64,000 nucleotides of DNA from an uncultured Verrucomicrobiae bacterium (GTDB lineage Bacteria; Verrucomicrobiota; Verrucomicrobiia; Chthoniobacterales; UBA10450). Made by a program: the position numbers and the translations under genes. The notes under the pieces are model-generated. The model was not told where the DNA came from, searched no databases, and saw only the letters and a program-made list of their open reading frames with translations. The stretch is taken from the NCBI GenBank assembly GCA_963815455.1, contig CAWFGO010000001.1, positions 544,001-608,000 on the forward strand, written 5' to 3'. This document shows, piece by piece, positions 41,268 to 52,558 of the stretch (the stretch's first letter is position 1; each line of letters starts with the position of its first letter).

Positions 41268-42429
41268 ATGAAGAGACAAAACGAGTTTGCCACGCGCGCC
41301 ATCCACGCCGGCCAGGAACCCGATCCCACCACCGGCGCGATCATGACGCCGATCTACGCCACATCGACCTACGTCCAGGAAAGCCCGGGCAAACATAAAG
41401 GCTACGATTACGCGCGCTCCATCAATCCCACCCGGCTCGCTTACGAAAAGTGCATCGCCGATTTGGAGAGCGGGACTCGCGGATTCGCCTTCGCTTCCGG
41501 CCTTGCCGCGATGTCCACCGCGCTCGAATTGATCGAGAGCGGTTCGCACGTCGTGGCCAGCGACGATCTTTACGGAGGCACCTTTCGCCTTTTCGAAAAA
41601 GTGCGAAAACGTTCGGCCAATCTCGATTTCACCTATCTCGATCTGACCGACCCGCAGGATTTCGAACGCGCGATCAAAAAAAACACGCGCATGGTCTGGA
41701 TCGAAACGCCGAGCAATCCATTGCTCAAACTGATCGACCTGGATGCGATCTCGAAAATCGCGCGCGAACACAACATCATCTCTGTTTCCGACAACACATT
41801 CGCGACGCCGTGGATCCAACGGCCGATCGAGAACGGCTTCGACCTCGTGCTCCATTCCGCCACCAAATATCTGAACGGACATTCCGATTTGGTCAGCGGC
41901 GCGATCGTTGTTGGCGAAAAGAAGGATCTCGGCGATCAAATTGCGTTCTTGCAAAATTCGGTCGGCGCGATTGCGGGACCATTCGAGAGCTTTCTGGTGA
42001 TGCGCAGCTTGAAAACTCTGTCGGTGCGCATGGAGCGGCACTGCTCAAATGCGCTCGAGATCGCGCGCTGGCTGGAGGAGCAACCCCAGGTGAAATCGGT
42101 CAGCTATCCCGGACTCAAGTCGCATCCGCAACACGACCTCGCCCGGCAACAAATGCGCGGGTTCGGCGGAATGGTGACGATCGTTCTCAAGACCGATCTC
42201 GATGGGTACGAAGCGTTTCCTGGAAAACACGCATCTGTTTTCGTTGGCCGAAAGTTTGGGCGGCGTCGAAAGTCTCATCAATCATCCTGCGTTAATGACC
42301 CACGCGTCGGTGCCGAAGGAACAACGCGATGCGTTGGGCATAACCGATTCGCTCGTCAGGTTGTCGGTCGGCATTGAAGACGTGCGCGATTTGATCGACG
42401 ATCTGCAATTCGCGTTCGAAGCGATCTAA
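41268..42429 (+). CDS. Cystathionine gamma-synthase/lyase (frameshift near 42205)
   Basis: SATKYLNGHSD, ETPSNP, AESLGGVESL, RLSVGIE. Confidence 0.9.
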
Positions 42430-42438
42430 GTTATTTCC

Positions 42439-42578
42439 GGGAAGCGCAGGCTGCCAGCCTGCAGTTGCCGGCAGCTTCCGGCGACATGCTGAAACGGCTT
42501 CAAAGCCTCAGACGCGTTGAAGTCAGGCGAAGAGGTCTCGGCAAGCGCCAGACCCACAGGCCAGCGGCTGTGCTCCCC
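42439..42578. repeat. REP-like inverted pair (GGGAAGCGCAGG...CTGTGCTCCCC)
   Basis: Intergenic imperfect inverted termini; same family as 18459-18553. Confidence 0.7.
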
Positions 42579-42628
42579 GAGAGCAATTGCGCGTTGTTAT
42601 TGCGCGACATCAACTATTTTCCATCCAA

Positions 42629-43725
42629 ATGGGTAACACCTTCGGCCAACTCTTTCGCGTTACCACCTTTGGCGAATCGCACGGCGGCGCGGTCGGTGTA
42701 GTGATCGACGGTTGTCCGCCCAGGATCGACATCGGCGAAGCGGACATTCAACGCGAACTCGATCGGCGGCGGCCCGGCCAAAGTAAAATCACTACGCAAC
42801 GTAAAGAGGAGGACCGATGCGAGATTCTTTCGGGCGTGTTTGAAGGCAGGACGCTTGGGACGCCGATCGCCATTTGCGTCCGCAACCACGATGCGCGGCC
42901 CGAAGATTATTTGGCCATGGCTACGGCCTATCGTCCCTCGCACGCCGATTACACCTACGAGGCGAAGTATGGAATCCGAAACTGGCAGGGAGGCGGGCGG
43001 GCCTCGGCACGGGAAACGATCGGCCGAGTCGCGGCCGGCGCGGTGGCGCGAACAGTGCTGAGCGAATTCTATCCGAAGATCGACATCGTCGCATATGTGA
43101 CGCAAATCCATGAGATCGCCGCGAAGATCGACCGTTCGAAAACCAACAAGGAAAGATGTCGATGCAAATATTGTTCGATGCCCGGATCGGGCCGCGTCGA
43201 AAACGATGATAAAATTGATCGAGCAGGCCCGTGACCAGGGAGATTCCCTCGGGGGAATCATCGAGTGCGTGGTCCGCAACGCGCCTGCCGGATTAGGCGA
43301 ACCGGTCTTCGATAAACTGGAGGCCGATCTGGCCAGGGCCATGTTGAGTCTGCCGGCAACGAAAGGGTTCGAAATCGGCTCGGGGTTTGCCGCGACGAAA
43401 ATGCGCGGCTCGGAACATAACGATCCGTTCGAAACGCGCGGCGGAAAAATTCGAACATCGACAAATTATTCCGGCGGAATCCAGGGCGGGATCAGCAACG
43501 GCGAAGAGATTTATTTTCGAGTCGCGTTCAAACCAACGGCGACAATCGGGCGCGAACAAAAAACGGTGACCGCCGCGGGCAAGAAAGCCAAGCTGGCCGC
43601 GCGCGGGACGCCACGATCCTTGCGTCCTGCCCCGAGCGGTGCCAATTGTCGAAGCGATGACTGCGCTGGTACTGTGCGATCACGCATTGCGGCAGCGTGC
43701 CCTCAACCCTGCCGCCACAAAATGA
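42629..43725 (+). CDS. aroC: Chorismate synthase (frameshifts near 43150 and 43608)
   Basis: [24 protein letters not shown], (R)HDPCVLPRA. Confidence 0.93.
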
Positions 43726-44646
43726 ATCCGCCATTGGAACAAGCAGCCGGATCGATGCTTTGGCAGACGGTGTTCGTGTCGTTCGGTATTATTTTGATTT
43801 TGTTCGAAGTGATCCGCGGCTGGCGGTTCGGGTTAATGCGGCAGCTCACTCGAGTCTGCGCCGTGGCGGCCGCATACGCGGCGGCGATTTTCGGCGGTAG
43901 GCTTTTGCTGCCGATTGCGCGACCGTTCTTGCGAATGCCGGACACTGTCATTGCGATCCTGGCAGGCGCGGTCCTCGCCCTTCTGATCTATTCGGTGATC
44001 AGCAGCCTCGGCGTCATTTTGTTCAAGCGCACCGGCCAACACAGCTCTATGCCAGTGAGATTTTTCAATGGAATCAGCGGAGCCGCTGATCGGTTTATTT
44101 TTTGGCGCTTTCCTAGTTTGGCTGGTCGTTGTGGGCGTTCGTTCCCTTGGCGCTATTGCCGACGGCCAGGTGCACGGGCAAGCGGAGACCGAACGCCTGA
44201 CAAATCGCCCGCGGCTGTTCACGCGGTCCTTTCATCCGAACCGGAGCCGGTGACAAAAAAAGAGGAAGCCGAGCCGGTCATGACTCTCCTGGCGCGATTA
44301 AAAAATTCAATCGAGCTCGGCAGCGTGGGCGAGGTCGTTAAGCAGGCGGACATCACTCCCAAGAAAACCTACGAGATTCTCGGCAAAGTGGGAAACTTGC
44401 TCGGCAATCCGGAGATCGCGGAACGTTTCCTTAGCCTTCCCCGGCGCGCGCGAATTGAGCGAAAATCCGAAGATCGTCGCGCTGCGAAACGATCCCGAAA
44501 TTTCCGAACTCATCAGTCACGGTCGTCTCTTCGATCTTCTCCAAAACGAAAAGATTCTCGCTGCTGCGAACGATCCGGAGTTGATCGCGGAAATAAAGAA
44601 ATTCGATCTCGGGCGCGCGCTCGATTACGCCCTTTACCAGAAGTAA
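43722..44646 (+). CDS. CvpA (colicin V production)-like membrane protein, frameshifted
   Basis: [13 protein letters not shown] and TM helices; ATGA-coupled to aroC; ends ALDYALYQK*. Confidence 0.7.
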
Positions 44647-44737
44647 CCACGAATCAACACGAATGAACACGAATCCAAGCAGAGGCGGGCGCGCATAGCT
44701 TTCTGCTATTCGTGTCTATTCGTGTTCATTCGTGATT
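44645..44737. repeat. Inverted 10-mer tandem arrays (3+3), intergenic
   Basis: aaccacgaat caacacgaat gaacacgaat ... attcgtgtct attcgtgttc attcgtgatt. Confidence 0.9.
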
Positions 44738-44747
44738 AATTGTTCGC

Positions 44748-46205
44748 GTGGCCATGGACTACATCACGAACATCGGGCTCGAGGTTCACGTTCAGCTCAA
44801 GACGCGCTCGAAGATGTTTTGCGCTTGCCCGGTTGAGTTTGGGGCCGAACCGAATACACATACCTGCCCGATCTGTCTCGGGTTGCCGGGTGCGCTGCCG
44901 GTAATGAATCACGAAGCGCTGCGGATGACCGTGCTTACCGGGCTCATGCTCGATTGCGACATCGCGCCGACGTGCAAATTCGATCGGAAAAATTATTTCT
45001 ACCCCGACATGCCGAAGAATTACCAGATTTCGCAATACGACATGCCCTTTTGTACAAATGGCAGTGTGCCGTTGCACGACCTCGCTTATCCCAAGGATGC
45101 GCAAAAAAACATCGACACGCCGGACAAGGCGGTGCGTCTGGTTCGCATTCACCTGGAAGAAGATGTGGCAAAGAGTTTCCATTTCGAATCGAGCACCGGA
45201 ATTGATTTCAACCGGGCCGGCACACCGCTGATGGAAATTGTCACGCAGCCGGAGATTAATTCGCCGGAGGAAGCGTTCGCGTTTCTCACATCGCTCAAGC
45301 AGATTTTGATCTACGGCGCCGTGAGCGATGCCGACATGGAGAAAGGTCAACTCCGTTGCGACTGCAATGTCTCCGTGCGTCCCGAAAAGCAGGCCGAGCT
45401 TGGCGTCAAGATCGAGATCAAAAATATGAATTCGATTAGCGGCGTTCGGCGGGCCCTGACCTATGAGATTCAGCGGCAAATCGCTGCTCTCGAGCGCGGC
45501 GACAAATTAGAACAGGAAACCCGCGGCTGGGACGATGTCGCCGGCGAAACTTTTGTGATGCGCACCAAGGAATTCGCCCACGACTACCGCTATTTTCCCG
45601 ATCCCGACCTCGTCCCGGTGAAAACCGAAACGTTACTCGCCGAAGTGCGTTCGCGTATTCCGGAATTGCCGGCGGCGAAACGGACTCGATTCATCGAACA
45701 ATACCAGGTGAGCCCGTACGATGCCGGCGTCCTGGCGGACGATCTCGATCTTGCCCGGTATTTCGAGACGGCAGCGCGAGGCGCGAAGAAACCGAAGAAC
45801 ATCGCGAATTGGATCCTGAACGATTTGCAGAACGCGCTGAGTTCTGCTGGTAAAACCATCGCGGATTGTCCGGTCCCGCCCGAAGCACTCGACGAGTTGG
45901 TCAACCTGATCGATACCGGAACAATCAGCGGCAAACAGGCTAAAGAAGTTTTCACAGAAATGTTTTCCAGTGGCAAGAGCGCAACGGTGATTGTGAAAGA
46001 GAAAGGAATCGAGCAATTGAGCGATGTGAGCGCGATTGAAAAAATGTGCGACCAAGTGATCGCGGCCCATCCCAAACCGGCAGCGGATTTCAAAGCGGGC
46101 AACGCAGCCTCGCTCAATTTTCTTAAAGGGCAGGTCATCAAGTTATCGAAGGGGAAAGCGAATCCGCAGTTGGTGGGAGAGATTTTGGAGCGGAGACTCA
46201 GGTAG
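44748..46205 (+). CDS. gatB: Asp-tRNA(Asn)/Glu-tRNA(Gln) amidotransferase subunit B
   Basis: IGLEVHVQL, FDRKNYFYPD, DFNRAGTPLMEIV, YRYFPDPDL. Confidence 0.97.
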   Translation: MAMDYITNIGLEVHVQLKTRSKMFCACPVEFGAEPNTHTCPICLGLPGALPVMNHEALRMTVLTGLMLDCDIAPTCKFDRKNYFYPDMPKNYQISQYDMPFCTNGSVPLHDLAYPKDAQKNIDTPDKAVRLVRIHLEEDVAKSFHFESSTGIDFNRAGTPLMEIVTQPEINSPEEAFAFLTSLKQILIYGAVSDADMEKGQLRCDCNVSVRPEKQAELGVKIEIKNMNSISGVRRALTYEIQRQIAALERGDKLEQETRGWDDVAGETFVMRTKEFAHDYRYFPDPDLVPVKTETLLAEVRSRIPELPAAKRTRFIEQYQVSPYDAGVLADDLDLARYFETAARGAKKPKNIANWILNDLQNALSSAGKTIADCPVPPEALDELVNLIDTGTISGKQAKEVFTEMFSSGKSATVIVKEKGIEQLSDVSAIEKMCDQVIAAHPKPAADFKAGNAASLNFLKGQVIKLSKGKANPQLVGEILERRLR

Positions 46206-46280
46206 GGACGTTTCTCCGAGACGCCCGACAAATTTGATACCAATAATTCGACGGACGCCCCGGAGGTGCGTCCCTACCTG
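46199..46280. repeat. GTAG-type REP pair
   Basis: caggtagggacg...cgtccctacctg perfect 12-bp termini; includes the gatB stop codon. Confidence 0.85.
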
Positions 46281-47387
46281 ATGAAAATCTTAATCGCTCC
46301 CGATAAATTCAAAGGTTCGCTCAATGCGCGCGAAGTCGCCGAGAACATCGCGAAAGGACTCCGCGATGTTTTGCCGGAAGCGAAGATCGACATCGTCCCG
46401 ATGGCGGATGGCGGCGAAGGAACTGCCGAAGTAATCTGCGACGCACTAGGTGGAGAATGGGTGACGACGCGCGCTCACGATTCGCTCGGTCGCGAGATCG
46501 ATTGCCGATTTGCCTGCATCCATCAGCAAAGACTCGCGGTGATGGAGATGAGTGAAGCCGCGGGACTGCGGCGATTGAAAAGGGATGAGTACGATGTCGA
46601 TCTTGCCAGCACATTTGGCGTAGGAGAAATGCTGCTTGCTGCTGCCGAGCGAGGCGCCGAAAATATTATCGTCGGCCTGGGCGGCAGTGCGACGAACGAC
46701 GGCGGATTCGGGATGGCCCTCGCGTTGGGATTTCGATTTTCCGACGCCGAACTCCGGCCGGTTCAATCGCTCACCCGGATTAGTGAAGAGGATTTGATGG
46801 AAAGACCCACGCATTTGGAACTGCCGCGAATAACCGCCGCGGTGGACGTGAGAAATCCGTTGCTCGGAGAAAACGGCGCGACGCGCGTCTTTGGTCCGCA
46901 GAAAGGAGCGACAGCCGACAAGATCGAAATTCTGGAAGGCGCGCTGACCAAGCTCGCTGATATTGTTTCCAAGGAATTCGGTGTCGATTATCGAGAAGAG
47001 CCGGGCGCGGGCGCGGCAGGCGGGCTCGGGTTCGGTCTAATGAGTTTCTGCGACGCACAAATTCGACCGGGATTCGAAGTCGTGGCGGAAGCCGTCCGGC
47101 TCGAATCGAGAATGAAAGATGTCGATGTTGTGATTACCGGAGAAGGCAGTTTGGATCGCCAAACCCTGGAAGGGAAAACGCCAGCGGGTGTGGCCCGACT
47201 GGCCCGGCAACTTGGCAAACGCGTGTTCGCCATCGCTGGACGCGCAAGCCAAGATCGACAAGTGCGAGAAATTTTCGACGAAGTTTTTGAGTTGGGCGGG
47301 ACAATTTCCGAAGCGCCCGAGTTGTTGCGAGAGCGAGCGCGGGAATTGGCGCGGTCATTCCAGGCGGAGTCGCCTGCCGCGCCGTAG
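46281..47387 (+). CDS. Glycerate kinase (GarK/GlxK family)
   Basis: APDKFKGSL, ADGGEGT, GGSATNDGG, ITGEG. Confidence 0.93.
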   Translation: MKILIAPDKFKGSLNAREVAENIAKGLRDVLPEAKIDIVPMADGGEGTAEVICDALGGEWVTTRAHDSLGREIDCRFACIHQQRLAVMEMSEAAGLRRLKRDEYDVDLASTFGVGEMLLAAAERGAENIIVGLGGSATNDGGFGMALALGFRFSDAELRPVQSLTRISEEDLMERPTHLELPRITAAVDVRNPLLGENGATRVFGPQKGATADKIEILEGALTKLADIVSKEFGVDYREEPGAGAAGGLGFGLMSFCDAQIRPGFEVVAEAVRLESRMKDVDVVITGEGSLDRQTLEGKTPAGVARLARQLGKRVFAIAGRASQDRQVREIFDEVFELGGTISEAPELLRERARELARSFQAESPAAP

Positions 47388-47486
47388 CTTGTCCGCGAAG
47401 GCGGGAAGAATCCCGCGGCGATACGATTAGGTTGCATCACGGGATCCCTCGACTTCGCTCCCGCCACGGCGGGCAGGCGGGATGAC
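47354..47486. repeat. GTCAT REP pair with nested 33-bp (47372-47404) and 18-bp (47461-47478) micro-elements
   Basis: Removing the two inserts restores arms matching 9013-9094. Confidence 0.85.
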
Positions 47487-47655
47487 CGCGAAGGGACTAC
47501 GCGTTCACTTGCTCAGAGGGCGCCAGTGGATAACAAGAAAGCTCTTGTCTTTCACAGATCAGTTTCGTATTCGTCGGCGATGTTGTTTGTCGTTATCCCC
47601 GCCTTTTCTGTAAATTTTTCTCCGCTTCTCCACCTCTTACCCTTATAAACCACCT

Positions 47656-50600
47656 ATGATCGATAACACACGCTCTGTTCTACGTTGTCCATTCGTCGCG
47701 GTTCTCGCCGCTCTTGCCGGAATCGTGCTCGTTCCTAAGCCGGGACCTGCTGCCACTCTTCAGGCCGGTAAATACCAATGCATCAATGGTTTTGGCCAAT
47801 GCCAGGTGGAGGTCTGCGACTACGACACGATTATCTGGGACAATCTCACAGTGAATGTCGGTTCAGGGTTTGTTCCCGGTAGATACGAAATAAAGATGAG
47901 GAGCCAATATCAGAATGTGGAACCCGTTGATATTATTGTGGATGGAAGCGGAGGCTACACGGTTGATCTTGGCCCTAACGGTGGGAATTACTGGGGTGCA
48001 TGGTCAATCAATGTCAGAAATGAGGCACACACCATCTTCTATTTTGATCTTGACGGTAAGCCACCTGGCGCACAAGCCAGCGTGGTTTGGGATACGGTAG
48101 CTATTTATCCCGTTTCTTGTCCTCCCGGTGGATATAACGCGGGCGTGATCCTCCATGGCAACGTAACGGTAACGATCGGACCGCCGCCGGTTCCAGAACC
48201 TGCGAATACTAAATCGTGCGATGTGAAGTCTTCGGCATGCCCTGGCCCAGGTTGCGGAGGTGGAGTTCCGCCCCCAATGGCCGTCTATACGGCTCATTCA
48301 ATGCTGGCGAGCCTAAACATCGAAGACACGCCCTTTCGATTTGCCCCCTCTATTGGGCCAGCCATTGACTTTACGCTCACGTACAATCAGCGAGAGCCAG
48401 CTCCACCCATAAGCTCGACATACTCCAATCTTGGTCCCAAGTGGTCATTCAACTGGTCGAGCTTCATAATTGACGATCCCGCAATACAACAATCCAAGAT
48501 CGCTTTGCACCCGCCCCGAGGTGGCGTTGAGGTCTTTACATTTCCTCCTGGTTCGCAAACCTCATCGCCTGAGCCTCAAAGTCACGCGGTTTTGGTTCGC
48601 AGCACAAATAGCTACGAAAAGGATTTTCCCGACGGCTCAAAGCATATCTATGGCCTGACAGATGGATCCAACTCGTATCCCCGGAAGGTGTTCCTGACGC
48701 AAGTCGTGGACGCGGCGGGTAACGCCACGACAATCGGCTACGAAACGGATTATTTTCGCGTTACAACATTGACCGACGCGCTCGGAAACACATTCACGCT
48801 TTCGTATGAGCTTAGCGGTGATGTGTACAAGGTTACGAAAATCGCCGAACCGACGAGCTTCGGGCTCAATCGCTCTGCATCTTTTGAATACACAAACGGC
48901 AGGTTGACGAAGATAACGGATGAGATCGGCATTGAATCGATATTTACGTATAGTCCGGGAACGGATTTTATTGATTCGTTGACAACGCCGTACGGCACCT
49001 CGCACTTCGCGACTGACCAGAACGGAACGAACAAATGGGTTGAGATGACCGATCCCTTGGGTGGCAAGGAGAGAGTGGAGTATCGCGATAATGCACCTGA
49101 CATTAGTGGCTCCGATCCATCAGGCACTGTTCCCGCTGGATTTACAAATTCCGATCTCGATGTGGCGAACACATTTTATTGGGACAAGAAATACACAACC
49201 TTGCACCCGCCGGACACGAATCCGTATGATTATACCAAAGCCAAGATCATCCATTGGGCGAAGAATTCCGACGGATCAATATCGGGTATTAAAGCCAGCG
49301 AGAAGGCACCACTGGAAAATCGCGTCTGGTACGCCTATGAAGGGCAGTCGGATACCAATCACACAGGACCAAGCGCGAATCCAATTAAGGTCGCTAGAGT
49401 TCTCGATAATGGCTCCCCGCAGATTCGAGAGTACCAGTACAACAACAGTTTCGGCAAGATGACTAGATCGATTGATCCGGTTGGGCGAGTCATGAGCTAT
49501 GATTACGACCCGGCCAATCACATTGATCTTTTGGCTGTCCGGCAAACCAGGGGCTCAAATGACGAGCTTCTCCGTACGATGACTTACAATTCTCAGCACA
49601 AGCCGCTTACGGATACCGACGCGGCTGGGCAGACGACAATTTACTTTTATAATTCGTTCGGCCAGGTAACGAGCGTGCAAAACGCGAAAGGCGAGACCAC
49701 CACGTACGATTATGGCGACGGAACCAGTGTGCCCACAGGCTATCTGGCTTCGATCACGAGCCCGCCATTCAACGGCAATTCGGCTGTGACAAGTTTCACT
49801 TATGACGACGCGAGGCGCGTTCACACCGTCACAAATGAGGCCGACGATTACACCGTGACGACCGACTATGACAATTTGGATCGACCGACGACGATTACGT
49901 ATCCCGATACGACGACGCAGGAATTCAATTATACGCAGGATTTCATGGACGGACGCGGGGTCCAAAAGCTGCTCGATGTTTACCACAAGCACCGATTCGC
50001 CGAGGTCGCGCAACCGTGCGGCATTACAACACGAATCGACAGATGGATTCACTCACCGAACCGTTCGGGGACAATTCGACGCGCACCACACTCTATGGCT
50101 GGTGTACATGCGGCTCGCTGACCAGCATCACCGACCCGAACACTCACGTGACGATGTTCGATCACGATTTGCAGAGCCGGGTGATATCAAAGCAATTCGA
50201 CGATGCGACTTCGATTACCTACATTTACGAAGACACGACCAGTCGATTGAAATCGATGACCGACGCCAAGAGTCAGCGAACAAATTACGAATACACTGCT
50301 GACGATAATCTGGAACACATCACTTACACCGACACCGCCGGCCAGCCGCTTGATCCGCCCACGCACGCGGTCGATTTCACTTACGATCCGGATTACAACC
50401 GCGTAACTTCAATGACAGATGGCACCGGGTTGACCAGTTATTCCTATTATCAGATCACGGCCACGCCGCCTCTTGGCGCGGGCCAGTTGCACACAGTCGA
50501 TGGCCCGCTGGCTAATGACGCGATTACTTACGGCTATGACGAATTGGGACGAGTAGTCAGTCGATCGATCAACGGTGTCGCGTCGAGTGTGACCTACGAT

Positions 50601-52538
50601 TCCCTCGGCCGGCTCGACACGAGCGACAATGTGCTTGGTCACTTTTCCCGCATTTACGATGGCGCGACTCACGTGACGCCCCGGATTCAGACGGTCAATT
50701 ATCCGAATGGTCAGACCGCAAACTATGGGTACTTCGACAACTCGCACGATCGGCGTCTGCAAACGTTGCAAGATCTAACCTCTACCTCGGTAAACGTGTC
50801 GAAGTTCGATTACGCCAATTACGATCCGGAAGGACAAATCATAGATTGGACGAAAACGCTGGATAGAAGCACGCCGATCGTGAGCAGCCACACATACGAT
50901 TCGGCGGATGAACTGACCGAAGTCACCAATACGACGGCGGGAAATCCGCCGACCTCCCTCAACTACGGCTACGATCCGGCCGGCAATCGGACCAGCGACA
51001 ACTCTGGCAGCTATTCGATCAACGATGTGAACCAGATCACCAACAAAGGCTACTCGCATGATCTCAATGGCAATATGACCAGCGATGGCGTCCTCGGTTT
51101 TGAATGGGATGCGGCCAATCGTTTGACTGCGATTGTCCATCCCGGAGACGGCGGACGAAGTGAGTTCACCTACGACGGCCTCAGCCGGCGTGTCCAGATC
51201 GTCGAGAAGGACGGGAATGGTTTAGTCCAACGCACAACCAAGTTTGTTTGGGACGGACAGACGATTGCTGAAGAGCGGAACGGCGCGAGTACGGTGCTGA
51301 AACGCTTCCTGCCCGAAGGCGTGCAAATTCCGGCCAACGCCAGCCCGAACCAGAAGCTGTTTTACTCGCGCGATCATTTGGGAAGTGTCCGGAGTTTGAC
51401 CAATGAGGATGGCACACTGCTTAGCTCTATCGACTACGATCCGTACGGCAGCATCAGTCGTCCGCCTGTGCCGGCCAACGTCACGACAGATGGCCCCGTC
51501 ATTGCCGGCGCAGTGTCGAGGAAGACACACGGAGGAGCGGGAACGTTCGACGTGACATTGCCGCTTAGTGGAGCGCCCGGGATTGAGATGCGCAATCTTA
51601 ACGGCAATTACATCCTGGTCTTGACCTTTGATCGAACGGTCGTCGCGGGAACCGCCACGATTGCCTCCGGAGTGGGGACGGCGGGATTGCCAACGTTCAT
51701 CGGAAACACCGCCACGGTCTCGCTAAGCGGAGTCACCGATCGGCAGACCATCACCGTGGAACTGGACAATGTCGTGGGCGTGACCGGACTCACCGACAAG
51801 GTGTTCGTGACCATGAGCGTGCTGGTAGGCGATGTGAACCAGAACGGGGCCGTGACCAGCGATGATATTGATCTGGTAAGGGCGAATCTCGGCGCGGTGA
51901 TCGACAATTCGACATTCAAGTACGACGTGAACGCCAACGGAGCGATCACCAGCTCGGATCTAGCGCTCAACAAATCAATGTACGGGGACAGTTTGTTTCC
52001 CGATTTCGCCTTCACTGGCCACTATTACCATGCGCGCAGCGGCCTCTATCTGACGCTTTACCGCGTTTACAATCCGGCGATTGGGCGATGGATTAGTCGC
52101 GACCCAATAGGAGAAACACATGAACTGAATCTATATGAATATGTCAGAAATAATCCCTTAAATAGAGTCGATCAATTTGGCCTCTGGCCAAGGACGATTC
52201 TGAACTATGGAAGTTGTTGCAATAACTCCTCAAGAGCGGAATGGGCATCCGTAGTGGGCGTGGGGTGGAAAATGCTGCTTCCTGGGCAATGTGTCGGCTT
52301 GATCATCGACGGGACAGATTGTGAAGGAATGACATGCGGAGGAGGGTTTTATTATGTGAGCGGTCTCACAATCGGAACATGCTCAACGCCCGGTTGTGAT
52401 CTTCCGCCATTTACAAATCGCCGCTGGACTCCGAGCGATAAGGACCCTGGAGCTCTCTCTCCTAGCCAACGTGGGATGCTCTATGGAGATACGCCGCCTG
52501 GATATACTTACGGCCCACGCCCTCCGGCAAGACCGTAA
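47656..52538 (+). CDS. Rhs/YD-repeat polymorphic toxin with signal peptide, internal dockerin-like module and Cys-rich C-terminal tip; frameshift near 49980-50016
   Basis: YD repeats, RDHLGSVR, YDPYG, GRWISRDPIG, NNPLNRVDQFGL cleavage-type motif. Confidence 0.9.
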
Positions 52539-52558
52539 CGTCAGCAACATACGAGATT

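Noticed and set aside
43110..44666. 518-aa AroC-CvpA fusion ORF
   Set aside because: Produced by frameshifts; aroC ends at 43725 and cvpA starts at 43722.
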